This document shows, one piece after another, positions 11,101-24,530 of a stretch of 64,000 nucleotides of DNA. The stretch is from Lama guanicoe (lineage: Eukaryota). The translations under genes were made by a program, and so were the position numbers. Under the pieces are notes generated by a model, which did not search any database, was not told where the DNA came from, and saw only the letters and a program-made list of their open reading frames with translations. Every line of letters starts with the position of its first letter. The first letter of the stretch is position 1. The stretch is from contig MU053493.1 in the NCBI GenBank assembly GCA_013239625.1, positions 505,793 to 569,792 on the forward strand, in the 5' to 3' direction.

Positions 11101-13907
11101 ATATTCTTTACTGCAACTTTTTATACTACATCCTTTTCAAGGCACTATAAATCACTTCTCTATCTGTTGGAATTCCCACTTGACAGTTGTGTCTGTGGTG
11201 GCAGGATCCCCATCTGCTCAGAACACCTCTGTGTCATCCACACCGAGCAGAACAGATGACTTGCAGGTGGCTCAGTATTTCAGTTTACAGAGGTAAATTA
11301 AACATTGCATCAACTTCCCTTTCTTTATTCAACATAGAGACATAAGTATACAAAACATGGTTTGGCCTTTTGTAGACTGAAATTCTTTTGTAGCACCCTG
11401 CCATATAGAGATAAAATTGATTTGAGTCTTGCCTACTGATGTATCTCCATCTCTTTGCTAGTTCTACTCACAAATCTGTGAATATGACATGTGACTTCTT
11501 TACAGTTCGCCAACATATGAGATAACTTGTTACCTTAGTTATGTGTATCTCTGTGTGGGTGGTCGAGGAATTTTAAGGAAATCCCAATCCCCTTGCCTAT
11601 AATGAACCTCCAGAATTAAGTGTTTGGAGATAACTAGTATAATGGCAAAGAAAAATGTATATTGCCCTCTGTATGTGTGGCTTTTTTCTTTCTTAGCTCA
11701 CTCATCACTCTAGATAGAAAAATAAGAGGTCAGGAAAAAATAGCTAATCTTTATGGAGCCTGTAGTTTGCTCCAATAATGGTTAATTCTTCAGAGTATTG
11801 CTGGGCCTCCTGGTTATTGCATTTAACATGCAGGAGAAATTAAACACAGGGTCCCTCCAACCACCTTTTCCTGAAGATTTTCTACATGCTTGATGAGGCA
11901 CTTTGCACTTCAGAGATTTGTAAAGTTCAGAGGTTTATGGTATTTGTTTTAATATGAAGCTAAGACAATTACAAAGCATGATTTGAATTGACAGCAAATT
12001 TATGCAATGTTCAGAATCCAGGAGAGGGGTACATACCGGGTGACACCTAGGAAATCCAGGTCTTCACGGAAGCAAGGATTCTGGGTTGGAGGTGTTGGAG
12101 AAGATCCTGAAATTAAAATCAGTGAAGCAAAAGTTACATTCATTTATCCAAGAGTGAGTTCTTAAAATTTTAAGTATTACAGAAGTAAATTTGAAAACTT
12201 TGTAAAATTGATTTCTAATATTCTATGGTTTTCTGATTATATTCTGCCCATTCCTTCTTTTCTACACATATTTTTACACATTTACAAAAAATTTAAGGAA
12301 TTCCAACTAACTTTCAAAAACAATGAAAGAACATATGTTATGTTCTGTGTGGTTTGGAGAACTGACTAAAGAGAAGAAAATTTACATTTTTAAGACCATA
12401 TAGTAATCACAATGATAGCCAAATTTATAGGGTATTGATGAAGAAGCTTCAGGAATACCTCAGTGTGAAGACTGTTAGCCTGAACACTGACAACAGTGCT
12501 GGGATCCTGGAGTAGGAAGAAGTCCAGTGGCATGTGGAGGAGTAGAATTGTCACTGCTGGTCTGGGGGAGAAGGAGTAAAGGGCAAGGAACACAAATGCA
12601 GGGGCACAATGAGAAGTTACTCTTGCAAGTTGACTGACTAGTGTGGACACAGTCAATTCTGGCACAAATATATGTTCAAGAAGTTCTAAATTTTTAAATT
12701 AGCTCCATGAAAACTGAACTTGAAGTGCAAAGGGCCCATTTTACAACTGGTATAAACACATCCATCATATTCATTTCAAAATCTCACTGGATCAAACAAC
12801 ACATTTAAAAATTAGAATAAAGAAAGCTGTATCGTGTAAAATTCATGGAAATGTCAAACGTAACATGAGACGCAGAGCAAGGTTCCCTGCCCTTGATACT
12901 CAAGAGATGTAATGCAGCTGAAAATTATAAAAATATCACAACAGGAAAAATTTACTAAAATCTGTACTTCATAACAGAAGTGGCATTCTCATTCTAATAA
13001 CAAAACAGTTACACTCAACATTATTTAATTGATAACTATATGAAAATTTACTAAGAATATAAATAGACTCAAACAGAATGGAAAGGCATAATTACTAAAA
13101 TGATGAACTTGGGTTTCACATAATATTTTAGGAGTATAAATATGAATCTGTAAACATAAGTTAAAATTTGGACACAATTAAAAATGTGAAACAAACTGCC
13201 TTCAAGGTTCCTTTTCTAAGTAGATGGAATAAACACACTCCACCCTGTCTCTCTCGCTGAATGTGGCTATAAAAGTTTGGTAAAATGTGTGGAACAACTA
13301 TTTGAAGACTCTAAAAGTAAATGGTAATGGGGAATCAAGGAAGAAACTGTATTGCAAAGTATTACTAAATTACTTAACATCCAGAACCCAAGAAGTGAGT
13401 GCTGAGGTGCAGAGAGAGACCTCCAGGAGAAGCCCTCTAGTTCTAACCTAAGGATTGAAAAGGGAACTCCTAATGCTCAGAGAGTGCTTCCCCTCCCCCT
13501 TTTATTTTCTCAGCTCTCTCCTCCCAGAACCCTGTGCCCTCCCCGTTGTCATGGTGACAGTGGCAGCTAAGGGAGCTTACCAGAACAAAAACTGAGAGTA
13601 GGGGAACTTTCCTCTCCTTTGGGATAAACTGCAGTTTCTAGACTGTGGGAACAAACCTCACTATTTTTATTTTCTCTGTCCTCTGACCACTTCACTCCCA
13701 ATAAGGTCAAAATCACTGACAGGAAAGAAAGGGAAGCAATAGGAAGCAAAAATTACTGGAAGGTTGTGGAGAGAGAGAATCTTGAGATGGAAACTCTTTA
13801 AAGTGCTTTAAGAATTCACACGCTCAGTGCCCTCCTCTAACTGCTTGAGTGTGGATCTCATCCTAATTACCATACCAAAGACTGAACTACCGAGGCTCCA
13901 GATTGAA

Positions 13908-14065
13908 CTCTGGGTAAAGACCAGAGAGTAAATACTTTTGGCTTCGTGGGCTATATTGTTTCTCTTGAAATGGCTCAACTTTGCCATGGAAGCATGAAGG
14001 CAGGCATGGACAATTAAATTAATGGATATATCAGTTTCAATAAAATTTTATTCACAAAAACAGGT
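13908..14065. mobile_element. MER58-like hAT-Charlie fossil
   Basis: 'gtaaagaccagagagtaaatacttttggcttcgtgggc..caataaaattttattcacaaaaacagg'. Confidence 0.7.
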
Positions 14066-14555
14066 TTAAGCCCTCAGACCATAAGTCAATAGAAATATAT
14101 GACATTGTTTATCCCATCTAGAGGTGAGTAACACGTCTCTGTAGGCAGAAGAATGGTTTTGTATTCAGTCCGCCACTAGCTGCTGCTTTGAAACTGAAAG
14201 TACATTCTAGCTTTGTTTTCTCATCTATAAAAAGGTTAAATTCATAGGACAAACTCCACCCATATTTTCTGAACATTAATTTTAGAAAAATGCCTAATAC
14301 AAAGTAACCTCTCAATAGGTGCTGGCTTTAAATAATATTATCTTTATATAATGTGTATATTTAAATACATACAAAGAAATAAACATTGTGATACACTTTA
14401 ATGTATTTTACAAATATATGTTTAAAAAGGACACTAAAGTCTTAATAGTGATGGAGCACTGCAATGATCAATTTCTGGAATCAGGGATATAAGCTAGACT
14501 TTCCTTAATTGTTAAAAAAAATTTCCCTTTTCCAGTTTCTTTCCTTTTCTACTAC

Positions 14556-14955
14556 TGACAAAGGTTCTTTCCTTGATCAAACCCAGGCTCTGGAATTTTC
14601 TCCTAGGCCCATTTGTGCACTTCCTTGTAAAATCCAGTTTTACCAAGAGTTACTTTAACCAAGAACTCCATCCTCTATTATCTCCCAGTTTGTGTCTACT
14701 GAACCTGTCCTATCTTCAGTGAGAATCCTATTAGCCAGAATCCCTCTTGCCCCTAATATTTCATCTTAGAAAATTTTTTTATCCACTGACTCCCACCTCA
14801 GTCCTTGGCTATAAATCCCCACTTGTTATGCTGTATTCATACTTGAGCCTAATCTCTCTCTGACTGTAAAATCCCACTGCAGTGGTCCCCAAACCTATTA
14901 TAATGATAATCTGCCTTACCATCTTTAATGTGTCATTGAATATTTTTGTTTTACA
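14556..14955 (+). mobile_element. ERV1 solo LTR, MER31-like
   Basis: TG..CA termini and 'ctcctaggcccatttgtgcacttccttgtaaaatccagtttt', 'ccttggctataaatccccacttg'. Confidence 0.75.
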
Positions 14956-15319
14956 TTTCTGCCAGCATATATTCCTGTTTCAAAACAACAACAGTAAGAT
15001 TGTCAACAGTTCTCTTTAACATTACCATCAGCATGTATTTCTCTTTCAAAAAAATCAATAGGATAGTCAACATAGCAAAAAAAGTATAAAGGACAATAAA
15101 ACCTACTAATAAAGTATAGCAGATGACAGTGTTTTTATGTTGGGATTTCCTCTCTTTCCCTAATCTTCTCTAATATTCCTTAAACATTTCATCAGAAAGC
15201 ACACAATAATCAAAATAATTAGAAACAAAAATAAAATATGCATGACATCTGAGGATGTATAAACTACCATGAGCAAGGTGCTGATTAAGCTGTAAGATCA
15301 GAAACTACCTTCCTTGAAC

Positions 15320-15500
15320 AAATAATGGATTTGTAAACAAAATTGTTAGAATCCAGCCATGCAGGTTCATTTGTATTGGTCTACGGCTGCTTTCATGCTA
15401 CAGCTATATAGGTAAATAACTAGCACAGAGATCATTTGGCCCTCCAATCTTAGAATACCTAGTATCTGGCCCTTTGCAGGAAAAAAAAAAGCTAACTTCT
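15320..15500. mobile_element. MER58-like hAT-Charlie fossil
   Basis: 'ctacggctgctttcatgctaca..atctggccctttgcaggaaaa', opposite orientation to the 13.9-kb copy. Confidence 0.7.
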
Positions 15501-16219
15501 AAATTACTGAGTTTGGGAAATATTTTCCAAGAAAGAAGAAAGAAAAAGTCAGAACTGGGAGAGTAACATAGGTGAACCAAAGGCAGTATCAACTGAAAAA
15601 ACAATTTGGGAAATGAATGCTCAGTTCTCAGGTGAAAGCTTTGGTAATGGAGTAAGTCAGGATACATAGAAAAGCAAAGCTCAGTAGCTGTTTTAAAAGT
15701 AGTGAAACTTTTTCAACTTTGCACAAAAAAAAAGTTTTAAGTAATTAAAAAAAAAAGAATTTTATAATAAATATTGAAACTTTGGAGGGGAAATTTGACC
15801 TTGAAGTCCCGAAGTGTTTTCTCATATTAAATGCATTTTTTTAGAAAATTAGTTAAACAATAGAGAGGCAATAGCGAATATTAAGGACAATATAGAAATC
15901 ATTAAAATAGTATTCTATATTTTTAAAGACATTCAAGTTCAGTATTATTGAAAAACATTTAAATTTTCAGATGAATGCAATAAACAAAATTGAAAAGGGT
16001 TAATATTTTTAAAAGGGAGGGTCTAAATTACGGTTTAGGCAATGTTTATACGGCTAGCTTTCTCTAGGGAAGAGACGGTTGTGGAAACATCACAGTACGT
16101 ATTTTTCTTAGAAAAAAACAAAAAGAGGTTAATATAAAATTAAAGAGAAAATTTCGAAATAACGATACTATGCCTAGAGTGGAAAAATTTCACTGGAAGT
16201 TTACTCATATAATCTGTTA

Positions 16220-16570
16220 AGTCTTCGCGGTGCAAACGAGCCACAGGAAATTCCCAGCCGACACCTTAAAGCGGACGGACCCGGAGGAGGGCGCGGAAAC
16301 GGAAACCCGGAGGGAAAGCGACGATACACTTGGTTCCGCCCCGCCCACGCCGCGCAGGCGCTTACGGGATGAGCTCCCGGGGCCGCGGGCTGGCCTGCAA
16401 GTCATGTGACCTTCCCACAAAGCCCTGCGAAGGAGCCGGCGGCGCTGTGCAATGACGCATTTCCGTCAGGCTGCCGTGCTAGACAGGAAGCGCTAACGGG
16501 GGCTGGTGCGGCTGGTGTCCGACCCGCCGGGTATGGGGGCGCGACTCCGCCGCGGAGCCTCGAACACATG
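16220..16570. promoter_or_regulatory. CpG island / promoter-like element 1
   Basis: High CpG density. GC boxes ccgccccgccc, NRF1-like GCGCAGGCGC 16352-16361, USF/TFE E-box GTCATGTGAC 16401-16410, ZNF143-like TTCCCACAAAGCCCTGCG 16412-16429, ETS cores and a half-CRE (TGACG). Confidence 0.75.
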
Positions 16571-17088
16571 TGTCAGGCTTCTTTATCAGACTAGGAACGT
16601 TTTCAAGAAGAATGACCTATTAAGCCTTTAGCCTAAGAAATTACACTCATGAATTACGGTGTGACTGATGAGGAAAACGTTGTGTTTGTAAACACGCACG
16701 TACACAGTTCCGCAGGGAGGAACGTGACGCAATGCAACGTCAACTGAACTAGTTTTATAACCAAATATGAATTGTTCATGTGTCCATAGCAATACACTCC
16801 CGTACATCTGTTTGTAAATAAAATCAATCAGCCTAATAGGATTCACACCAACCTTTAACCCTTTGGTTACACACAGAAACATGTTAAGTGGATCTAGGTC
16901 AGGCTTCCCTGTTTCTTCACCGAGAATATTTATGAATCCTCTCCTCCCTAACAGTTATGCATTATGTTTCACTTTTGAAATACATATTTTAAAAAATCCT
17001 GCTCAAAGGAACACAGGCATTTCCGGTTCCTGGATCTTGTCTCTTCTTTTGAACTTTTATTTAGCTTGCTATTGGCCTCCCATTTTTG

Positions 17089-17107
17089 TTGATGCTAGAT
17101 GGCGCTG
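17089..17107 (+). promoter_or_regulatory. CTCF-like motif, forward
   Basis: TTGATGCTAGATGGCGCTG: strong 3' half, degenerate 5' half. The upstream flank resembles that of the 1674 site. Confidence 0.55.
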
Positions 17108-18064
17108 TGAGCTCAAGGGTCCCTGGTTCCCCGCAAAAAGTGTAGTGTGTACTTCTGAAATTTGAGAAGGTGGGTTTAAGGCGTGAAAGTAACCTCTGCT
17201 TGGAGCTGAACTGCCTCTAGGAGGAGAGTTCATGATCTGACTCCACGTCTTTCACGTGGAAGTTTATAACTCATTCAAAAGAAGGTTGTACGCTGAAAAT
17301 TCTAAACTTTTCTGTTCCCATTTTCCCTGGACTTTTGGCTGCCTCTCATTTTCCCTGTCCCTTTCTTTTCCCTTTCCTACACGGAGTCTGCGTCTAAACC
17401 CCGTATTTTTCCTTCAGCCTTAAAAGAGTCCCAAATTCTTATTTTACTGTCACATCAGCTGTGTTCCTAGTAAGCAGATTTCCATAGTAGCCTGATGAAA
17501 CACAGAAAACTATAAAATCCGAGCAATTAACATGGAATAAAATCCTTCAAATGTCTACCCCAGGCATGTATTTCTAGATTTCTTCAAGTGTACTGAAATT
17601 GCTACTTTCTATGAGATACCTCAATTATTTTGACTTCTAAACATGCCTACCTGAATACACTCCCTTCTTTTGTCTTCCCAAGCTGTAATTCACAAGGCTT
17701 TTTGATATGTATTATGTATTCAACCACAAATTGTTTTCTTTAGGAAAACTTCAAAGACGATTTAAATTCAAGTTGCATGCTAAAACCATCTTGTGGGTTG
17801 CAACAGAGTAACGCATTCCCCGCTACAATCACAGATTTCCATTGCCTATTCAAATCTCAACTTCACTCATGTCTCAAATAAAGGAGAAACTTTACCTTTG
17901 TTGTTCACTTGTTCATTCTTCACATGCAGCAAAATACACACCACGTGGTTGCTACTCAGTTTTCTTAGTTTTCAAAAATTACTGGGTCAAAATCAGTTGT
18001 CTTCCTATACATCAATAAAGAATAATTTTATATTGAAGTTAAAATATATTTTACAACAACATCA

Positions 18065-19830
18065 AAAAACATGATATACTAAAAATCTGACAAAGCATGT
18101 GCAAAATTTGTACTCTGAATATTACAAATACTTATGAGATTAATTAAATAATATTTAAATAAATGTAGAGATACACCAATTTCACTGACTAGAAGGCTCA
18201 ATATTTTTAAAATGTCAATTCTCACAAGTTTATCTAAAATTCTTAGCACAGTCTCCAGTCAACGTCCCATCATTAATATTTGTAAAAGTCAAAAAGTGGA
18301 TTCTAAAATTTATGTGGAAAAGTAAAGGACTTAGAATAGTCAAACCTCATTCAGAAAATGAGGAGCAATGTTGGATGATTCACATAACTTATTTCAAGGC
18401 TTAATATAAAGCAACATCAACCAAGATAGTGTGATATTGGTGTAAAGATAGACATTTAGATAAATGGAACAGCATAGCATTCAGAAATAAACCTACATAT
18501 ATATATGGTCAGTGGATTTTTTACTAATGTGCTAAGAAATTCAATGGAGAAAGAATAGTATTTTCAGCAAGTGGTGGCAGGACAACTGAGCAGCTATATG
18601 CCAACAACAACCACAAAAAATTGTCCATCCTTATTTTACACTATATACAAAAATTAACTCGAAATGCATCACAGATATAAAACCTTAACATATAAAATAT
18701 CTGAATAAAGCATAGCAATTAATATTTGTGACTTTGGAAGAAGCAAAGATTTCATAGATAGGACAAAAATATTATAAACCATGGAAGGAAAAAATGGCTA
18801 AATTGTTCTTCATCAATATCAAAAAAATAAATCAACTCTTTGAAAGAGACTATTAAAGAAAATGACAAGAGATGCCACAGAGTTACAGGAAATATTTTCA
18901 ATATATAACTGGAACATACCTTATATCAATAATTATGTATATATTAAAATTTAACAATGATAAAATGAAAAACAGAAATTTTAAAGTAGGAAAACTGATA
19001 CTTAACCAAAGAAGAGTTGGTAGACAAGCCCATAAAATATGCTCATATGAATATGCTAAATAGTATTGTCATTAGAAAGATGTAAATTAAAACCACAATG
19101 AGATGCCACTACACATCTACTGGAATGATTTTTAATAAGTAAAAAAAAAATTACTGTCAATACCAAATACTAGGAAAGATGTGGAGAAACTAGAATTCTC
19201 ACAGTTTGCTGTTGGGAATGTGAAATGGCATAGCCACTTTGGAAATAGTCTGGCGTTTTCTTGTGAAGTAAATCATACATATATTACATGATCTAGCAAC
19301 CTTGCTATTATGTATTTTTCCAAGAGAAATGAAGCTATATGTCCACAAAGGTGCTCTATCTAAATGCCTATAAAAACTGATTTGAGCTTTATAATAGCCC
19401 AGTCTAAAATAGGAATGAAATATCCATCAAGTGGTAAAAAGATTAACAAATTCTAGTACATTTATTCAAAACTACAGCTCCAAATATAAAAGGAATAAAA
19501 TACTGGTAAGTGGAAACATGTGAATGAATCACAAAAGCATTATTCTAAGTGAGAAAAACTAGACAGAAAAAAAATTGCATACAGAATGATTTCATTTATA
19601 TGACATACTGGAAAAAGGCAAAACATGCTAGATATGATCAATAATTTTCAAGGCTATGTGTGGGTAGAGTTACTACAAAAGAGCACAACAGAAATTTTGG
19701 AGGTGATGAAAAATGCTCTATATCTTAATTATGATGGTGGTTGCATGACTGTATATGTATTTTTTTAATACATTGAACTGTCTACTGGAAAATGATGGCT
19801 TTCAACTTAATAAATCCAACTTAAAATAAA
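18065..19830 (+). mobile_element. Ancient L1M (ORF2 3' part plus 3' UTR), degraded
   Basis: 'ttctaaaatttatgtggaaa', 'gatagtgtgatattggtgtaaagatagacat', 'aaaccacaatgagatgccactacacatctac'. Confidence 0.88.
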
Positions 19831-20118
19831 ATGGGTTATTGCTTGTTTTCAGTCTTTCCTTCTTTAAATTAGGAGGACCCTTTCACATGTTAAAAAATAT
19901 GATTATCCCTTTTTTCTTAGTAGATTTGTCAATTTTTATCTCCTACTCAGGGATAAAATGGTAAGAGTCCTGCCTACATAATCAGACTTATCTCCTGCCC
20001 CAATGCCCACTGACAGTTTTATGAACAGGTCATTCTTACTACCTTGTTACCTTTGAACATCTTTACCTCTGGGTAGTTATTCCCTTATTTCCATAGCCTT
20101 GAAATCTGTATTTGTACT

Positions 20119-20540
20119 TGTTATGGACTGAACTGTGTCTCCCCCAAATTCATGCGTTGAAGAGATAATCCCCACACCTCAGAATGTGAATGCCTTTGGA
20201 GAGAGGGCCTTTAAAGGGGTGATTAAGTTAAAAATTAGGTCATTCGGGTGGGCCTTAAATCAATCTTACTGGTCCTTATAAGTAAAGAAAATTTGGACAC
20301 ACAAAGAGACACCAGAGTTACTAACACAGAGGAAAGAAGACGTGCAAACACAAAAAGGAAAGATACCATATGAGGACACAGCAAGAACACAAGCCAAAGG
20401 AGAGGCCTCAGAAGAAACCAAATCTCACAACACCTTGATCATGGACTTCCACCCTCCAGAACTGTGAGAAAATTAATTTCTGTTGTTTTCACCACCCACC
20501 CTGTGATGTTTTGTTATGGAATCCCTAGCAAATTAATACA
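20119..20540 (+). mobile_element. MaLR solo LTR (MLT1B/C-like)
   Basis: 'tgttatggactgaactgtgtctcccccaaattcat..cctccagaactgtgagaaaattaatttctgttg..gcaaattaataca'. Confidence 0.9.
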
Positions 20541-21774
20541 ACACCCTAATAACTAACTCAGTCAGCATCTAGCTTTAGAAAACTTACCCCCGGCCACTCA
20601 GGTCATTCTCAACTTTCCCTTTGGATTTGATAAAATTCACTGAGCTTAGGTTCTGCCTTTCTCTTCCCCATTATAACTTTTCAACTGTACTTCTTGCTCA
20701 GTGGTTCTGTTCCCATTTAATATTCTTCATTTTAAAAGAGTCAGTGATGGCCAAGAAACTGGAAGAGTGTATACAGTCATTACAGATATCACATGAATTT
20801 GGGGGGTGGGCAACTTTGAGGGGCTGCAATGTGAACCTTTGGGAATCTCTAAACACATCAGGGCACTCCTTCTATGGGGACAGTTTCCAGTGGAGGACAA
20901 CTTGGCCTCAGGAAGGCCAGAAAAAACAGTAACAAGGTTAAGTATTCAATTTGTAAGTAAATAAAGCACTTAAAATAGCGAGCTCCATTTTGCTTCAATG
21001 AAAATGAGGAAATTTTAAATTCTTACTACTCGTTTGATTAAAAGTTTGAGTCAAATATGACAATTCTGAGACTAGTAATGCTGTTTTGGAGAGCATAAAT
21101 TAATGTTCTCACATATAAGAAGAATAATAGCACACTTGTTAGATAATAACATACAAGTAACTTACATGTTACTTGTTATTTTTATAGAGAAACTGAAACA
21201 AAATTTTAATCAGTGTTGTAAATATAAATGACGTATCTTCACATTGTGCATGTGGTAATGCAGATGAAAATGAAAACTGAATTACTAATGATGGACTGTC
21301 TGTCTGAGCTATAAGCCCTATTTGTCACATACAAATCAATGTATTCATCTATGTATTAATTCAGCATCTAGGTGTTTTCACCAGTGAGGTCAGAGGAAAT
21401 ACCCTAGGCTCTGTGGATATAGGAGTGAAAAGTCAAATAGAATTATCTGTCTCCAAAATGCTTACATTCTGGTTCTTGTCTTCCAGGTTCTGTAAGTAGA
21501 AAACTCGTCAACATGGTGCTTGTTTCAAGAAAGGCATCATCCCCATTGTATCTTTATTTTGTTCTTTTAAGTTTGTCTTGTCAATCATCTGTAGTGAGAA
21601 TCTGCATGTTCTCTGTGTTTTTTTTCCCATCTAACTGCCAGCTTGCTCCACCAAATTTGACTACTGAACCTAGACTTTTGGTAGCTAAGACCTACCTATC
21701 TATCAATCTATCAGTGTATCTCAATATGTGACAGTATTACCTTTTAAAAACTAAACTGTAAAATATTATAATTG

Positions 21775-23290
21775 TAATAAACTACACACAAATATAAACT
21801 TTACCATCTTAACCATTTTTAAGTGTACAGTTCAGTAATATTAAGTACATTCACATTGTTGTACAATCGATCTCTAACATTATTTTCATCTTGTGAAAAT
21901 GAATCTGTGCACATGTTGTTTGAAGCAACTCTCCATTTCTACCTCCTCCCAGCCCCTGGGGATTGCCATTGTATTTTCTTTATGAACTTGACTACTCTAG
22001 GTACTTTGTATAAGTGTATTCATACAATATTTAATTTTTTGTGCCAAGTTTATTTCACTTAGCATAATGTCCTCAAGGGTCATCCATTTTGCAGCATGTG
22101 TTAGAATTTCCTTTCTGTGAATGCTGAATAATATTCCATTATATGTGTAAATTACATCTATTAATTTGTTGCTAGACACTTTGATTGCTCCCACCTTTTG
22201 GATATTGTGAATAATACTGCTATCAGCACAGGCATAGATACCTATTCAAGACCCTGTTTTCAATCTTTACAGATACATACCCAGAAATAGAATTGTCGGG
22301 TAATATGATATTCTGTATTTAATATTTTGAGGAAATAACTGCCTTTTTTCCTATAGCACCTTTACCATTTTATGTTCCCACTAGCAGTGCACAAGGATTC
22401 TAATTTCTCTACATCCTCACCAGCACTTATTCTTTTCTGTTTTTCTATTTTTTGTTTATTTTATAATAGTCATTCTAATAGGTATGAGGTGGTATCTCAT
22501 TGTGATTTTGATTTGCATTTCCATATTGATTACTTGTGTTGAGCATCTTTCCTGGTATTTTTTGGCCATCTGTATCTCTTCTTTAGATAAATGTTCATTC
22601 ATGTACTTTGCATATTTCTTATTCAGGTTGTTTGTTTTGTTGTTGTTGAACTGTTGAAGTTCTTTATATACTGGATTAACGCTTTGTCATCTATGATTTG
22701 CAAGTATTTGATCCCATTCCATAGGTTGCCTTTTCAGTCTATTGCTTGTACCCTTTAATGCACAGAATTTTTCATTTTGGTGTACTCCAGTTTACCCATA
22801 TTTATTTTTGTTGCCTACACTTTTGGAAGTATATCCAATAAATCATTGTCAAGTCAAATGCCATTAAGTTTTCCTTCTATGTTTTCTTCAAGGAGCTTTA
22901 CCGTTTTAGACCTTACATTTAGGTCTTTGATCCTTTTTTTTTTTTGCATATGGAATTGTTTTTGCATATGGTATAAGATCAGGGTCCAAATTTACACTTT
23001 TGCACGTGGATAACCACCTCTTTTTGAAAAGGCTTTCTTTCCCACATTGAATGATCTTGGCACCCTTGTGAAAAATCATTTGCCCATGCATGCAAGGCTT
23101 TATGTCTGAGCTCAACATTCTATTCCATTGGTCCACAGAGCTACCTGTATGCTGATACTACACTGTTTAAAATACTGTAGATGCGTAATAAATTTTGAAA
23201 TCAGGATGTATGAGACTTTCAGCTTTGTCCTTTTTTGAGATTATTTTGACTATTCAAGACCTATTGAGATTCTGTATGAATTTAAGGTTG
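21775..23290 (-). mobile_element. L1MA/MB fragment, antisense
   Basis: Minus-strand ORF2-like peptides (DQWNR..GQMIFHKGAKIIQCGKESLFKK; WMTLEDIMLSEI). Confidence 0.9.
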
Positions 23291-23308
23291 CAATGCTGTC
23301 TTTGATAC

Positions 23309-23999
23309 TGATAAAATTTCTCTCGTTGACTGAACTCAAGCCAGGTTCCTCTGAGCCTTCTTCTCAACTAAGCATAAACCTTGACCTATAAGAACTACAG
23401 ATTCCAGCACTAATGAGTTTGTCCATCCTCCTCCCAACACGTTAAAAGACTTAAAGAAATATTAACATAGTCTAACAGCTCAATCCCTAGGATGAGCCAA
23501 AGCTGCCCCGAAAAATTATTGTTTGTTCCAGCCAACACCTGATCCCTTTTCCTTAGAGCATTTACTAAAAAGGGCTCACAATTTTGACCCTTTCTCTGTC
23601 CCTTTGAGTTGTATATGCTCCTCTTTCAACTCAGGGGAGTCTTTCTCAGGGGCCTGAAAGCTACTCTTTTGAAATAAAATTAGGGAGGATAGGGCCTTGT
23701 CTCCAAGCCTCTGTGGGAGAGCAACTTAACTTCAGCAGCTGTCAGCTATCAGGCATAGCTGGCTTAATCACATTTACAGGAACCGACCCTTTGTCATTCT
23801 CCTCTTCCCTAATCCACTGAGCTCCCACTCACCTCCCTCCCTTCTCCCCCCATTCTCTATCTAAAATGCCTAGTCACCTCTGCACAAATAGAAAGTTGAG
23901 TTCAGTTCGCACTGGACTCTCTTCCCCACTCTAGTAATATATCATCAATTAAAATTTGTCCTTACTGCTACTTCGTGTGCATGCTTTTTTTTTTTTCAA
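23309..23999 (+). mobile_element. ERV1 solo LTR, MER67C-like
   Basis: 'tgataaaatttctctcgttgactgaactcaagccaggttcctctgagccttcttctcaactaag' and 'gttgagttcagttcgcactggactctcttcc'. Confidence 0.72.
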
Positions 24000-24228
24000 T
24001 GAAGGGAGGCACTTAAATGTCTTATTTTACTTTTAAAATCTTGGCACTTAGGTAAACATTGTATGATAGGTTCTCTGATTGTGGAAGCTGACACTGCTAG
24101 TATGGGTCACAGCCTGGGGGCATCTCCCACACAGAGGCTATGTGGAGAGGTTATACTGTCACCAGGCCAAAGGTGAGATATCAAGGCGGTTTCTCAGTGT
24201 AGCATTCAAAGGATATGCTGCAGAGAAT

Positions 24229-24272
24229 GAAACTAAGAGCCTTGAGTAAGGAAACTAAGAGCCTTGAGTAAG
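24229..24272 (+). repeat. Perfect 22-bp tandem duplication
   Basis: (gaaactaagagccttgagtaag)x2. Confidence 0.95.
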
Positions 24273-24384
24273 GTAAGCAGACAAATCATGTAAAATGCCA
24301 GACTTTTCTTTTTTTGCTACTTACATGCTGTTGGCAGGGGGCTTTCCTGTTGAGATTTGTGAAGTATGGTTGCCGGGGCTGATT

Positions 24385-24530
24385 TCTCAATCTTGTCATT
24401 TTCTGCGTGGCTTTGGGCAAGTTTCTTAACCTGGCTGCACCTCAGATTTCTGATCTGTAAACAAGAGTAATTTAGTCATTAATAAATAGCAAATAATTAG
24501 TAAATAATAATGAGAGTCCTGATATGATAT
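24385..24530 (+). mobile_element. MIR fragment
   Basis: MIR core 'ctttgggcaagtttcttaacc..cctcagatttctgatctgtaaa'. Confidence 0.65.

Noticed and set aside
16557..16565. Minus-strand B-box GTTCGAGGC as part of a Pol III gene
   Set aside because: No matching A-box, cloverleaf or recognisable Y, vault, 7SK or U6 sequence.
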